64,000 bases of DNA from NCBI RefSeq assembly GCF_006345805.1, contig NC_043015.1:41788001-41852000 (forward strand). Direction: 5' to 3'. The position numbers and the translations under genes were made by a program. Source of the stretch: Octopus sinensis. Its lineage: Eukaryota. Shown piece by piece: positions 25,800 to 37,139 of the stretch. The notes beneath the pieces were generated by a model. The model was not told the DNA's origin and did not search any database. It saw only the letters and a program-made list of their open reading frames with translations. Every line of letters starts with the position of its first letter. The first letter of the stretch is position 1.

Positions 25800-26435
25800 C
25801 GTGCTGGCGGAAACATTAACACCCCGTTCAAAATGCTTAGCGGTCTTTCGTCTGTCCTTACGTTCTGAGTTCAAATTCCGCTGATGTCGACTTTGCCTTT
25901 CATCCTTTTGGAGTCGGTAAATTAAGTGCCAGTTGCGTAATGGGGTAGATCTAATCGACTGGCCCCATCCCCTAAAATTTTGGGCTTTGTGCCTAGAGTA
26001 GAAAAGAATTGTTAGCACCCTGGACAAAATGCTTAGCAGCATTTCATCAGTCTTCGTGTTCTGAGTTCAAAATCCGCCTGAGTAGACTTTGCCTTTCACC
26101 CTTCGGGGTCAATAATATAGGTACCAGTTGAGGACTGGTGTCGATATAATCGACTAGCCCCCACTTCCCCAAAATTTCAGGCCTTGTGCCTATAGCTGAA
26201 AAGAATATATATATATTATGGACCCCCAATCAAAGACGGAAGAATCGTTAGCACGCCGACAAAGTACTTAGGGGCAGTTTGCCCGTTTTTACGGTCTGAT
26301 TTGAAATTCCTCCGAAAACTTATTTGCCTTTCATCCTTTCGGAGTCGATAAAATATGTACCAGTTGCGTACTGGGGTTGATATAATTGACTTACCTCCTC
26401 CTCTGAAATTGCTGGCCTTGTGACAAAATTTGAAA
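25800..26435 (+). mobile_element. Three consecutive SINE B copies (B2, B2, B3 tails)
   Basis: Shared head and central module with different 3' tails. Confidence 0.75.
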
Positions 26436-26787
26436 CACATATATCTTATCAACCCCAATGGAATAAAATGCTAACTTGATCTCAGCAGGATTTGAACACA
26501 GCACATATGTATTGGAACAAAAACCACAAGCCATTCAATGCCAAATTTTTTTTTAATTTTTCTTTAATTATTATGCTTTATTTATTCTTTAATTATCATG
26601 CTTTTTAATCGCAAGAGTCAACAAGATACAAAAAGCGTATTTACTTACAAAATAAAAATTATAATGCATTATAGGGATACGATATCGACGACGTAAGAGA
26701 AGAGTGAAATTGTTTATCAAATATTTCTGATTTAATGAATTCTTCCACAACTCAATATTTATTCTTCTTTCTTCACAACAAAGACAT

Positions 26788-27137
26788 AGGCGCAGGTGTG
26801 GCTGTGTGGTAGGAAGTTTGCTTCCCAACCACACGGTTCCCGTTTCAATCCCAATGTGTGGCACCTTCGGCAAGCGTCTTCTACTATAGCAGCCTCGGGT
26901 CGATCAACGCCTTGTGAGTGGATTTGGTAGGTGGGAACTGAAATCAACCCATCGCCCATATGTGTGCATGTGTGTTTGTCTTTATGTTTCTGTTTGTCCC
27001 TCGTTACCGTTTGATAACCGCGGTGTTGGTGTGTTTATGCCACCCCTGTAACATAGCGATTTGGTAACAGAGACCGATAGAACAAGTGCTAAACTTAAAA
27101 GGAAAAATAGATACTGGGGTCGATTCATTCGACTAAA
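26788..27137 (+). mobile_element. SINE family A copy
   Basis: Head and body match family A. Confidence 0.8.
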
Positions 27138-28352
27138 ACAAGATTTACTATTACAACTACCAAGCCTGATTCAAATTAATAGCAGGAACAATATTTACCC
27201 TGAAGAAGTAAAGAAATATATATTTATAGTAAAGAAATAAATATTTACCCTGAAGAGATCGTGCAAATTATGCATAAATCCCTTCATATAAAAATGTAGC
27301 AATTTGTAATTGATACGATCGTAACACGTGTCGGACAATTACTATGAATAAACCAAGCAGAAACTTTGAAGGTTCGAATTCTTCGTTTTCCTTATCATCA
27401 GTACTATATGTTGGTTTTGCAGTTCCTATACTTACCACGCACAGCTCCTTACATGTGAATTTTATTTATATATAATTTTATATGTATTTCTATATGTTTT
27501 TATATTTCTATATTTTTACGTATGTTTGGTTTTATTCTTTATACCCTTGGAGAATTTTTACGCCTCTACATGCATGATTTATGCTAATGAGTATAAATAT
27601 ATACGACTCAATTACAATGATTGAATATTTTCATTTATGCGTTCAGGAATATGTTTGACTGCCTAGAATTTGCATTTTCAATTTCCTCTACTCTGTATAT
27701 ATATATATATAGACGATGGATTTCCACGCAGTTTCCACCTATCTAACTCATTCATGAGGCAGTAGTTGGTCCGGAACTATAGTAGAAGGCATCTTTTACC
27801 AGCTGAATGGACGTGAAATTGAGCAATGTGAAATAGAGTGCCTTGATCAACAACACAATGCGCTGCCGAGATTCGAAATCACGGACTTAACGATCGTACG
27901 CCGAATACCCTTCACCACTAAGACACGAGCCTTCGTGCTTATACATAGCCATACCTGCGCCTAAAAAAGATGTCTTAAGTAATGTAGAAAAATGTTTTAA
28001 TTACAGTTAACTACGCTTTGAAATTATTAATAAAAAACACAAAAAACGACAGAATCATTTTGGCAATTTCTTTCATAATTTAATGGTCTTTTATTATTTT
28101 TTTTACACAATTAAAGGTTCAAAGGAGCAGCAGATATACTGAACATTTGGGTAACATGATCGCTAAATGGCATTTGAAATACAGCAGTTATCAAGAACAA
28201 AGGTTAAGCAGCAGTTTGAGAGAGAGGAAGAGAGAGAGAGAGGAGGGAATTTCATAACAATGGTTGTTTGGATGTCGTTGTGATGGATAAACTTGGCAAC
28301 AAGAGGTACGCCATCGTTGCTAGTGGAGGTAGGTAGGACTACGTTGCTTTCG

Positions 28353-28531
28353 TCAGGGGCAAATTTTGAAAATGTCACAGTTTGATCGACAGCAAGAATC
28401 GGCGAGCATGCGCACGGCCGACCATCTTCGTTTGACAACGGGAACGAAAGCATTTGTCATGTAGTTGATTTCATTTGTTCGTCGTCGTTTTTGGTGCGTC
28501 ATAATGGTTGATTCGTCTTGGATAATACCAC
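28353..28531 (-). CDS. Terminal coding exon of a putative secreted Cys-rich peptide precursor (insulin A-chain-like)
   Basis: Acceptor ttctaattattacattttttatatattttcag|G, entered in phase 1. Encodes GIIQDESTIMTHQ-KRRR-TNEINYMTNAFVPVV-KRR-WSAVRMLADSCCRSNCDIFKICP*. AATAAA lies at about 28095-28090. Confidence 0.6.
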
Positions 28532-28610
28532 CTGAAAATATATAAAAAATGTAATAATTAGAATACCTATAGGCATGCAAATGGGTTTCTTCTTATTTTT
28601 TTGTTCCTTT

Positions 28611-28932
28611 ACTTGTTCACTGCGGCCATGCTGGAGCACCACCTTTAGTAGAAGAAATTGAACCCAGGATTTATAATTTGTAAGCCTATTACTTATTCTA
28701 TCGCTGTAAGGTATGGAGACGTAAACACACCAACATCAGTTGTTAAGCGATGGTGAGAGGACAAATACAGACACAAATAACAAATACATATATATATATA
28801 CACGACGGGCTTCTTTCAGTTTCCGTCTACCAAATCCATTCACATGGCTTTGGTCGGCCTGAGGCTATAGTAGAAAACACTTGCCCATTTGGCTGATAAG
28901 CAAGCTTCTTACCACTAGCCACTCCTGCGCCT
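28611..28932 (-). mobile_element. SINE family A copy (internally deleted head)
   Basis: Reverse complement of the family A tail, microsatellite and head. Confidence 0.85.
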
Positions 28933-28946
28933 ATGTGTATATATGT

Positions 28947-29135
28947 ACAATAATCCCTCACCATATCGCGGCATACCTATCGCGGACTCTTCAGTATATC
29001 GCGGGTTTCTGCGACCGGTAGCTATTTATATTCTTTTGAGATTTTAATTATTTCTGTAATGAAATGAGCATTTCCACAACTAAAAATTAATAAATTAATA
29101 AATAAAACTAGAGTACAGTACAGTACTGTACTGTA
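28947..29135 (+). mobile_element. pogo/Tigger-like element 5' end
   Basis: TA-CAATAATCCCTCACCATATCGCGG resembles Tigger-type TIRs. Confidence 0.5.
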
Positions 29136-29142
29136 GACAAAA

Positions 29143-29480
29143 ATGGGTGCAGCTCGGCTGGGATGTATTACCCTACCATCCATATTCCCCAGATATACCT
29201 TCTTCGGATTTCCGCTTATTCAGGTCTCTGCAGAATAGTCTTAATGGTAAAAAATTTCAATACTTTGGATGGCGTAAACAGATACCTTTGTTTCATGAAT
29301 TCTTTGCCATGAAACCACCTCAATTCGGGGAAGATGGTATTTTCAAGTTAAAGGAAAGATGGAAGTGCATTGTGCAACAAAATGGTTATTATTTGGTTGA
29401 TTAAAAATGTAATGGCAAGTATTTATTGACCCTTTTCTTTCCTTTAAAAACTCGGCACGAACTTTCCAGACAACCCAATA
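29143..29480 (+). mobile_element. Mariner 3' fragment with right TIR (same family as 19918-20745)
   Basis: LGWDVLPYHPYSPDIPSSDFRLFRSLQNSLNGK...ERWKCIVQQNG and TIR GAACTTTCCAGACAACCCAA-TA. Confidence 0.9.
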
Positions 29481-29616
29481 TATATATATATAATATATAT
29501 ATAGAGAGAGAGAGAGAGAGTGACAGAGAGAGATGGAGAAGGGAGAGAGAGAGACTGACAGACAGACATAAAGAATGAGTCACCTCAAAAGTCCATAGAC
29601 ACACGCCTCATTATAC

Positions 29617-29835
29617 CTATTTCTTTATTACCCACAAGGGGCTAAACACAGAGGGGACAAACAAGGACAGACATAGGTATTAAGTCGATTACATCGACCC
29701 CAGTGCGTAACTGGTACTTAATTTATCGACCCCGAAAGGATGAAAGGCAAAGTCGACCTCGGCGGAATTTGAACTCACAACGTAACGCAGCCGAAATACC
29801 GCTAAGCATTTCGCCCGGCGTGCTAACGTTTCTAC
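29617..29835 (-). mobile_element. SINE family B1
   Basis: Reverse complement of the B1 consensus seen elsewhere; its 3' end abuts GGTA. Confidence 0.9.
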
Positions 29836-30057
29836 CGTGTTGTGTCTATGGTCGCTTTTCGTTGCTGCGATGCCAAACAAGTTGTACTATTACAAATTAC
29901 GCCGACCGGGCTTGTCTGCTGAATGCTAGACTAAATGTTTTCTGTACTTGAAATGACATTATTTTGTTTTGTTTATAGAAATGTAACTGTCAGACAAGAA
30001 AAAAAAGATATGATCGTACCTATTTACATTTGCGATGTCACTGTGTGTTTGAGTGCG

Positions 30058-30085
<28 letters not shown>

Positions 30086-30093
<8 letters not shown>

Positions 30094-31093
30094 ATAGAGG
30101 GCATTATTACACATAAATGCCTCACACTAGGAGGGACAAAGTCATTACTACCAAAAATTATACTAATCATACCCAAATGCAGTTTTTCAAAGCAAGACAT
30201 TTAAAAATGAATTATGTTCTGTATCACCGTGATTTCACATACAACTTGCGTCTAATGATCGTCAGCAGAACTGATTCTGAATACATCATAAATAAACTAC
30301 CAACCTTACGTAGCGGAGACGAACAGACAACTGCTCACTCCGGCCAAGCACATGGAATGTTTATAAATCATATATCCGGTAAATGGCGGGTATGATTTGG
30401 GTATGATTAGTATAATTTTTGGTAGTAATGACTTTGTCCCTCCTAGTGTGAGGCATTTATGTGTAATAATGCCCTCTATACAATATAGATATAATTAATT
30501 TGTTCAAAAGAAAAAATTATTTTCGGATTCTTTTCTTTTATGAGGTTTTCACGCTAGCTACCCGATAATTTCTTGTTAAGATCCTTATAAGAAGATTATC
30601 CTTAATTGTTAAACTTATTCCGAAATACTTTTCATTACCCGACATGCAGTTCGTAAAAAGCCCGCCATTTACCGGATATATGATTTATAAACATTCCATG
30701 TGCTTGGCCGGAGTGAGCAGTTGTCTGTTCGTCTCCGCTACGTAAGGTTGGTAGTTTATTTATGATGTATTCAGAATCAGTTCTGCTGACGATCATTAGA
30801 CGCAAGTTGTATGTGAAATCACGGTGATACAGAACATAATTCATTTTTAAATGTCTTGCTTTGAAAAACTGCATTTGGGTATGATTAGTATAATTTTTGG
30901 TAGTAATGACTTTGTCCCTCCTAGTGTGAGGCATTTGTGTAATAATGCCCTCTATACAATATAGATATAATTAATTTGTTCAAAAGAAAAAATTATTTTC
31001 GGATTCTTTTCTTTTATGAGGTTTTCACGCTAGCTACCCGATAATTCTTGTTAAGATCCCTTATTAAGAGATTATCCTTAATTGTTAAACTTA
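30086..31093. other. Local inverted-plus-tandem segmental triplication
   Basis: 30086-30390 is the reverse complement of about 30661-30965, and 30396-30617 repeats about 30873-31093. Differences are mostly small indels. Confidence 0.9.
30673..30785 (-). CDS. Candidate internal exon (phase 2 in, phase 1 out)
   Basis: gtctaatgatcgtcag|C...ATCCG|gtaaat. The open frame RTDSEYIINKLPTLRSGDEQTTAHSGQAHGMFINHISG joins in frame to the 28531 exon. The pyrimidine tract is weak. Confidence 0.25.
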
Positions 31094-31385
31094 TATAATA
31101 TAATATATATATATATTATATGTGTGAGTGTATGCATATGTGTTGTGTGTGTGTGCATAGGTGGATATTTACGTATATATATATTATATATATATACATA
31201 TATGTATGTATATATATATGTATGTATATAATAATATATATATATATATATGTATGTATATATATACAATATATATATATATATACATATATGTATGTAT
31301 ACTTTGATACTTTGATACTTTGATAGGTTTCGGCCATTATTGGCCCAGGCCATGTCTAACTTAATAGCATATATACATATATGTG

Positions 31386-31419
<34 letters not shown>

Positions 31420-31509
31420 CTTACATATATATCTACATATCTGTATACATATATACTCACATCTATCTATCTATCAATACATATATATATATATATACAC
31501 ATATATATG

Positions 31510-31541
<32 letters not shown>

Positions 31542-32149
31542 AGTGAATGTATGTATGTGTGTGCGAGTGGGTGTATGCGTTTGTTTGTTGTGTGTTGCTG
31601 TGTATGTGTATATGTTGTGGATATGTATATGTCTATCCAAATTTCTACATGTGCGTGTGTGCGAGCGTTTGTATATGTGGAGATTTACGTATGTATATTG
31701 ATGAAGGTGCCCGTATGTATATACACTTTTTCCTCCAATCGCTAACTCGATCTTCCTTTTCTTCCCACCAGATTTGCTCTTTACTCTCTTTCCCAACTAT
31801 TTTCTTTCCCGGTTATTTTCGTTTCCAACTCCTCATGTGATTCCTGGTTTCTAACGAAATATAAGGGCTTCATTCAAAGGTAAATATTGCATTATTTGAT
31901 TCTCTGTCTGAAGAACTTCTAATGCGAGAAGTCTTACATGTTTTCTACTTCATGTACAATTTTGTAACTCCTATTAGTAAAGGAAACGTGTGTAATGGTG
32001 AATAAATAATGGTCCCTCCCCACCCGCGATTTTCCCCAATCATCTGTTTTCATATATAATTACTCTGCAAATAATATTCCCAGAATATATATGCACATGC
32101 ATACATGCATGCACAGATAAATACATACATACCTATATACATACATACA

Positions 32150-32370
32150 CTAAGTTGAGAAATCTGCAGTTACTCCAACCAGGTTAGAACCTCACGTTTA
32201 TACCTGTAATTATTGGGTGCCTGGGATATGCAACACACTACCTAAATACCAATCTTGAGAAATTAAGCTTCTCAAAACCGGAAAGGAGAAAGCTGACTCG
32301 GAGACTACAGATCCAAGCCATCACAGGAACTGTAAAATTCTGTAAAACTTTCCAGAAGTTTATCGGTCAA
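32150..32370 (+). mobile_element. R4/Dong-type LINE extreme C-terminus
   Basis: LRNLQLLQPG*NLTFIPVIIGCLGYA...RRLQIQAITGTVKFCKTF. Confidence 0.75.
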
Positions 32371-33000
32371 ATATATATGAGCACGTCTAGATATCCAACT
32401 ATATACATGAGTATACATACATAAAGCAAAACATACAAATCTGCACACATACATACATACACACATACATACCTACATACATACACACACATACATACAT
32501 ACACACATACATACCTACATACTTACATACACACATATATACACACACATACATACATACACACATACATACGCACACATACATACCTACATACATACAT
32601 ATCTACATACATACATACATACATACATACAAAAATACCCTGTGGTTGATGCTGAAATTCCAATGAAGGAGCCTTGGATTCAGGTTAGAAACCAGCTCTT
32701 TCTCTATTGGCAAGAAATCTTGAAATAAAACTGAACAATGACGTACATACATACATGTGTATGTGTGTGTGTGTGTGTGTGTGTGTTTGTGTGAGTGTGT
32801 GTTTGTGTGCATGTGTGTGTGTGTGTGTGTCTGTGTGAATGTTTGTGTGTGTCTGTTTGTGTAAGCATGTTGGAATGTCATTAAGCGTTGAGACCAATTC
32901 TGTCAATCCATGATCACAAACTTCTGACTGAACACAGAGCCATTGAATATTAAAATAATAATAAATAAATAAATAAACGCTACCATTGCAAATATCTTAC

Positions 33001-33152
33001 CAAATATCTTCATTGCATTCTCGCAAAAGATTGCTCCCTAATCGGACAAAACATTTACTGACAACCTGATCCATTATTCGCTCGAGCATAAGTTTCTCAT
33101 CGCCATCATGTAGCCTGCTTGTATCACATTTATTAAAACCACATCGACAGTT
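33001..33152 (-). CDS. Candidate Cys-rich exon (phase 0 in, phase 2 out)
   Basis: ttgctgttgatacag|AAC...ATTTG|gtaaga. Encodes NCRCGFNKCDTSRLHDGDEKLMLERIMDQVVSKCFVRLGSNLLRECNEDI, which contains a C-x3-L-x3-L-x3-C motif. Confidence 0.25.
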
Positions 33153-33586
33153 CTGTATCAACAGCAATCTTCTCCATTGTCATATCGGAGATTGTTTTTC
33201 GATGAATATAAAATATTTCATTTGCTGATGTTTTATAGGATCAGAACTTGTTTATTTCCACAGCAGACCCTGTCGACGTTGTCTGTCATTTTACCTTTCT
33301 TTTATTTTTTTTCTTTACCGACTTAATTGTTTCAGCCATTGAACTGCGGCCATGATGGGCGAGCATCTTGAAGAGTTTTAGCCGAACAAATCGGCTCCAG
33401 CGGTTATTTTCTCTTCCATGTGTGTGTGTCTCTGTGTTCATAGAGTCTGCTGCTTCTACTACAGGTTTTTTTTTACCGAACCGCTAAGTTAAATGGACGC
33501 AAATAAACAAACACTGGTTGTCGGACGTTTAGCGGAGGTGACAAACACAAAACAATAACACACACACACACACTCGCACACATACG

Positions 33587-33628
<42 letters not shown>

Positions 33629-33725
33629 TCACACACATAACCACGCATATAGTTAGACATAGATAGATAGATAGATGGATGGATGGATGGATGGATGGAT
33701 GGATGGATGGATGGATGGATGGATG

Positions 33726-33843
<118 letters not shown>

Positions 33844-34458
33844 ATCGATATATATGCTGTCCGAAATATTCTCTGCACAAGGCTACATCATTGTTTAGCA
33901 TCTGAAACCTAAAAGGGGGGTAATAACGTGTGACCCCGAAACCCTAAAACGATGCCAAACTTCACAAGAACTCATTGCCATTATATCTTTCTAATAAGAT
34001 TGCATTCATCTTTGTTTTAAAACTTGTTCTACATTGATTAAATAAGAAAAGAATAAACAAAATGAAGTATATTGTTCTCAGCGATTGATCTTTCGCCAGA
34101 ACTAATTCGATTATGTGAAGTCCTATGATCATCGCACACCATGTATATTTTAATATTTATGGATCATCGCTGATCCAAGCCAGAATACAATACTGTAAAT
34201 ATTAACCTCGTGTATAACGCGACCCATAAACTTTGAAATCTATTTCAAACGCAATAAAACGATTTAGCATTACATAGATTTTGTGTACACCCATAAATAA
34301 GGCAAGTATGCCGTGTGGTATGAAGCTTGCTTCTTAACCACATGGTTCCCGGTTCACTCCGACTGCGTGGCACCATAGGCAAGTGTCTTGCACTATAATA
34401 GCCTCGGGCTGACAAAAGCCTTATAAGTGGATTTAGCAGATGAAAACCGAAACAAACC

Positions 34459-34494
<36 letters not shown>

Positions 34495-34822
34495 AAAGTA
34501 ATTAAGTTTCAAGTGAGTTCTGTTGAATTCACATGAATGAGGTACTTAACTTAGATGCACCAGAAATCTATATGGTATTAAATCTCTCTTTATATCTCCA
34601 GAATTCAAACATTCGTCATTATTATGGATAGATTTACATTTTCAATTTCTGTGAAACTAAGAGGTTTTTTAAAATACTTTTTTAAAGCCTGTCATTTGAC
34701 TGTGCAACATTAGAGATCTTTGGATGTCCGTTTATTATCTAAATCTGATTTTTATAGAACTATCCCGAATGTTTCATGAGTGTAGCCTCACCCCCTTAGA
34801 TGTTTTGAGAACTCAGATGTTT

Positions 34823-34911
34823 TTTCGGCTGATGAGTACGGGCCACGTGTATTTGCTGCAATATTTGCAGCCTTAATAAAGGTGTCTTCGTACGAAACAA
34901 TTGTACCGAAA
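34823..34911 (+). ncRNA. Type I hammerhead ribozyme with canonical core and long stem II insertion
   Basis: UUUCGG-CUGAUGA-GUACG[48 nt]CGUAC-GAAA-CAAUUG-UA-CCGAAA: all core nucleotides are present and stems I, II and III pair. Confidence 0.8.
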
Positions 34912-34967
34912 TATTGATCCATTTTTGTTGCTTTTTTCTTGCTTATATATATATATATATATATATA

Positions 34968-35093
34968 CAGTAAGAGGTTTCCAAATAGGAAAGCGTTGTG
35001 CTTTCGTGAATTTATTCCTTTTCATTCCATTCGTGAATTTATCCCTTTTTTGTGTTCTAGCACAACGCTTTCCTATTTGGAAGCCTCTTATTG
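34968..35093. mobile_element. MITE with about 35-bp TIRs and TA TSD
   Basis: TA-CAGTAAGAGGTTTCCAAATAGGAAAGCGTTGTGCT ... AGCACAACGCTTTCCTATTTGGAAGCCTCTTATTG-TA, with 2 mismatches. Confidence 0.8.
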
Positions 35094-35384
35094 TATTTCT
35101 ATATGAATAATATATAGTCTAATGACCAATTCGTTTTTTGTGCTAGGCCACTGGTAATAATAATTTATTATTACCCTATTTTATTATATATATATATATT
35201 TAGTGAAGGGAAGAAATGGAGCCGAACGAAGATTCTACAAAATTCCTTTTTATTATTTTCTACACATGGTGTCTTTTCTGGTGTGATTTTTGCTACACAG
35301 GTACCGGTTAAATTTTGAATAATCCGTAACAAGATAATTCATTTATCCATTTCATTAAATATATATATATATATATATATATAT

Positions 35385-35935
35385 TGGGTCATCCCATAAA
35401 TAATGCGGTTTTTTATACTTCTTTTATTTATCAAAATTAAGATAAACAGAGTTCTCTTTTAATTTTCATTTCCTACAATGCTCTTCCATCTATCTGGTAG
35501 ACTTGCAAGGCCCCTCTTCCAAAATTCACTTGTCCGTCATGAAAATACTCCTCCAGTACTGTTCTAACCTCGCCTACAGAATTCTTATTTTTTCGTCCAA
35601 ATGATTTTGAAGACTGCAGAATAAATGATAATCAGATGGGGCAATGTCCGGGGAATATGGTGAGTGGCCCATCGTTTCCCATTCAAATTGCTCCAGCCTT
35701 TCGAATGTCATCTTCGTTGTACGGGGCCGAGTAGAAGAATACCTTTCGTTTTTTCTTCTAGCGCTGACTTACACTACTCAAGCTGCTCGCAATAGATCTC
35801 CTTTGTTATCATTTGGTTTGGGTTTAAAAGTTGAAAGTGGACGAAACCTTTCATATCCCACCAAACAGATAACACCGTTCTTGGGTGAAGACCTTGGGTG
35901 AAGGCCTGGGGTGCCGGTGTTTCTCCTTTCCCTAC
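35385..35935 (-). mobile_element. Mariner transposase pseudogene, 3' half with TIR
   Basis: GETPAPQAFTQGLHPRTVLSVWWDMKGFVHFQLL...IYCEQL and MGHSPYSPDIAPSDYHLFCSLQNHL; TIR-like TATTGGGTCATCCCATAAATAATG. Confidence 0.85.
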
Positions 35936-36010
<75 letters not shown>

Positions 36011-36027
36011 GCAGGCAGATAGATAGT

Positions 36028-36060
<33 letters not shown>

Positions 36061-36072
36061 CAGACAGACAGT

Positions 36073-36103
<31 letters not shown>

Positions 36104-36634
36104 ACACGGAGTATACATGACCATATCACTCGTTGCATCTCTGTGCAGCTCTGCTTTGATGACTAACTCTATCGACCTGCGCAAACTCCCATACGAAGTC
36201 TTGTGTCGGTGTCTGTCTAAAACTTCCAGTATATTCTATTTTAATTTACCAATTCCTCCATGCATGGAATGAATGCAACGAACAACTAAACACATTAACT
36301 ATATCTAATAGGTTAATTACATATGAATTTGATTATAATTTGGTCGAAGGTTAGAGTTAATTATTTTTTTATAAAGTAATTCTTTATAATAGTTAAACGC
36401 TCCGTGTGTAATTGAGACTAATTATTCGCGCCAACTAATTAAGTAATAGCATGGTTTAATGATTTAATAAAGTTACAAGTGTTATATGAACATGTGGGTG
36501 TGTATGTGTATTGGTTTACATGTGTTTGTGTATGTGTTTGTGTATGTATGTGAAAGTCTGTATATGTAAATATATACATACTTTTATGTGTGTGTGGAGT
36601 ACATATATATATATATATATATTTATATAGCCTT

Positions 36635-36815
36635 TTGTTCTTTTACATGTTTCAGTCATTTCACTGCGGCCATGCTGGAGCACAGCCTTTAGTCGAACAA
36701 ATCGACCCCCAGGATGTATTCTTTGTGAGCCTCGTACTTATTCTATAGTTTTCTTTTGCCAATCCGCTAAGTTACAGGGACGTAAAGACACCAACATCGG
36801 TTGTCAAACACACAC
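36635..36815 (-). mobile_element. SINE family A 3' half
   Basis: Reverse complement of the tail. Confidence 0.8.
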
Positions 36816-36912
36816 AGACACACACATATATATATATATATATAAATATATGTATATATACATATATACATATACATATATATATATATGTATGTGCATA
36901 TATATATTTGAG

Positions 36913-36961
<49 letters not shown>

Positions 36962-37097
36962 TGTATATATATATAATATATATGTATATAATGTATATAT
37001 ATATATATATAATATATATATACATATATATATCTGTGTATCTGTGTGTATGTGTCCGTGTATGTATATATATTATGTATATATCGCTCCTCATTTA

Positions 37098-37139
<42 letters not shown>

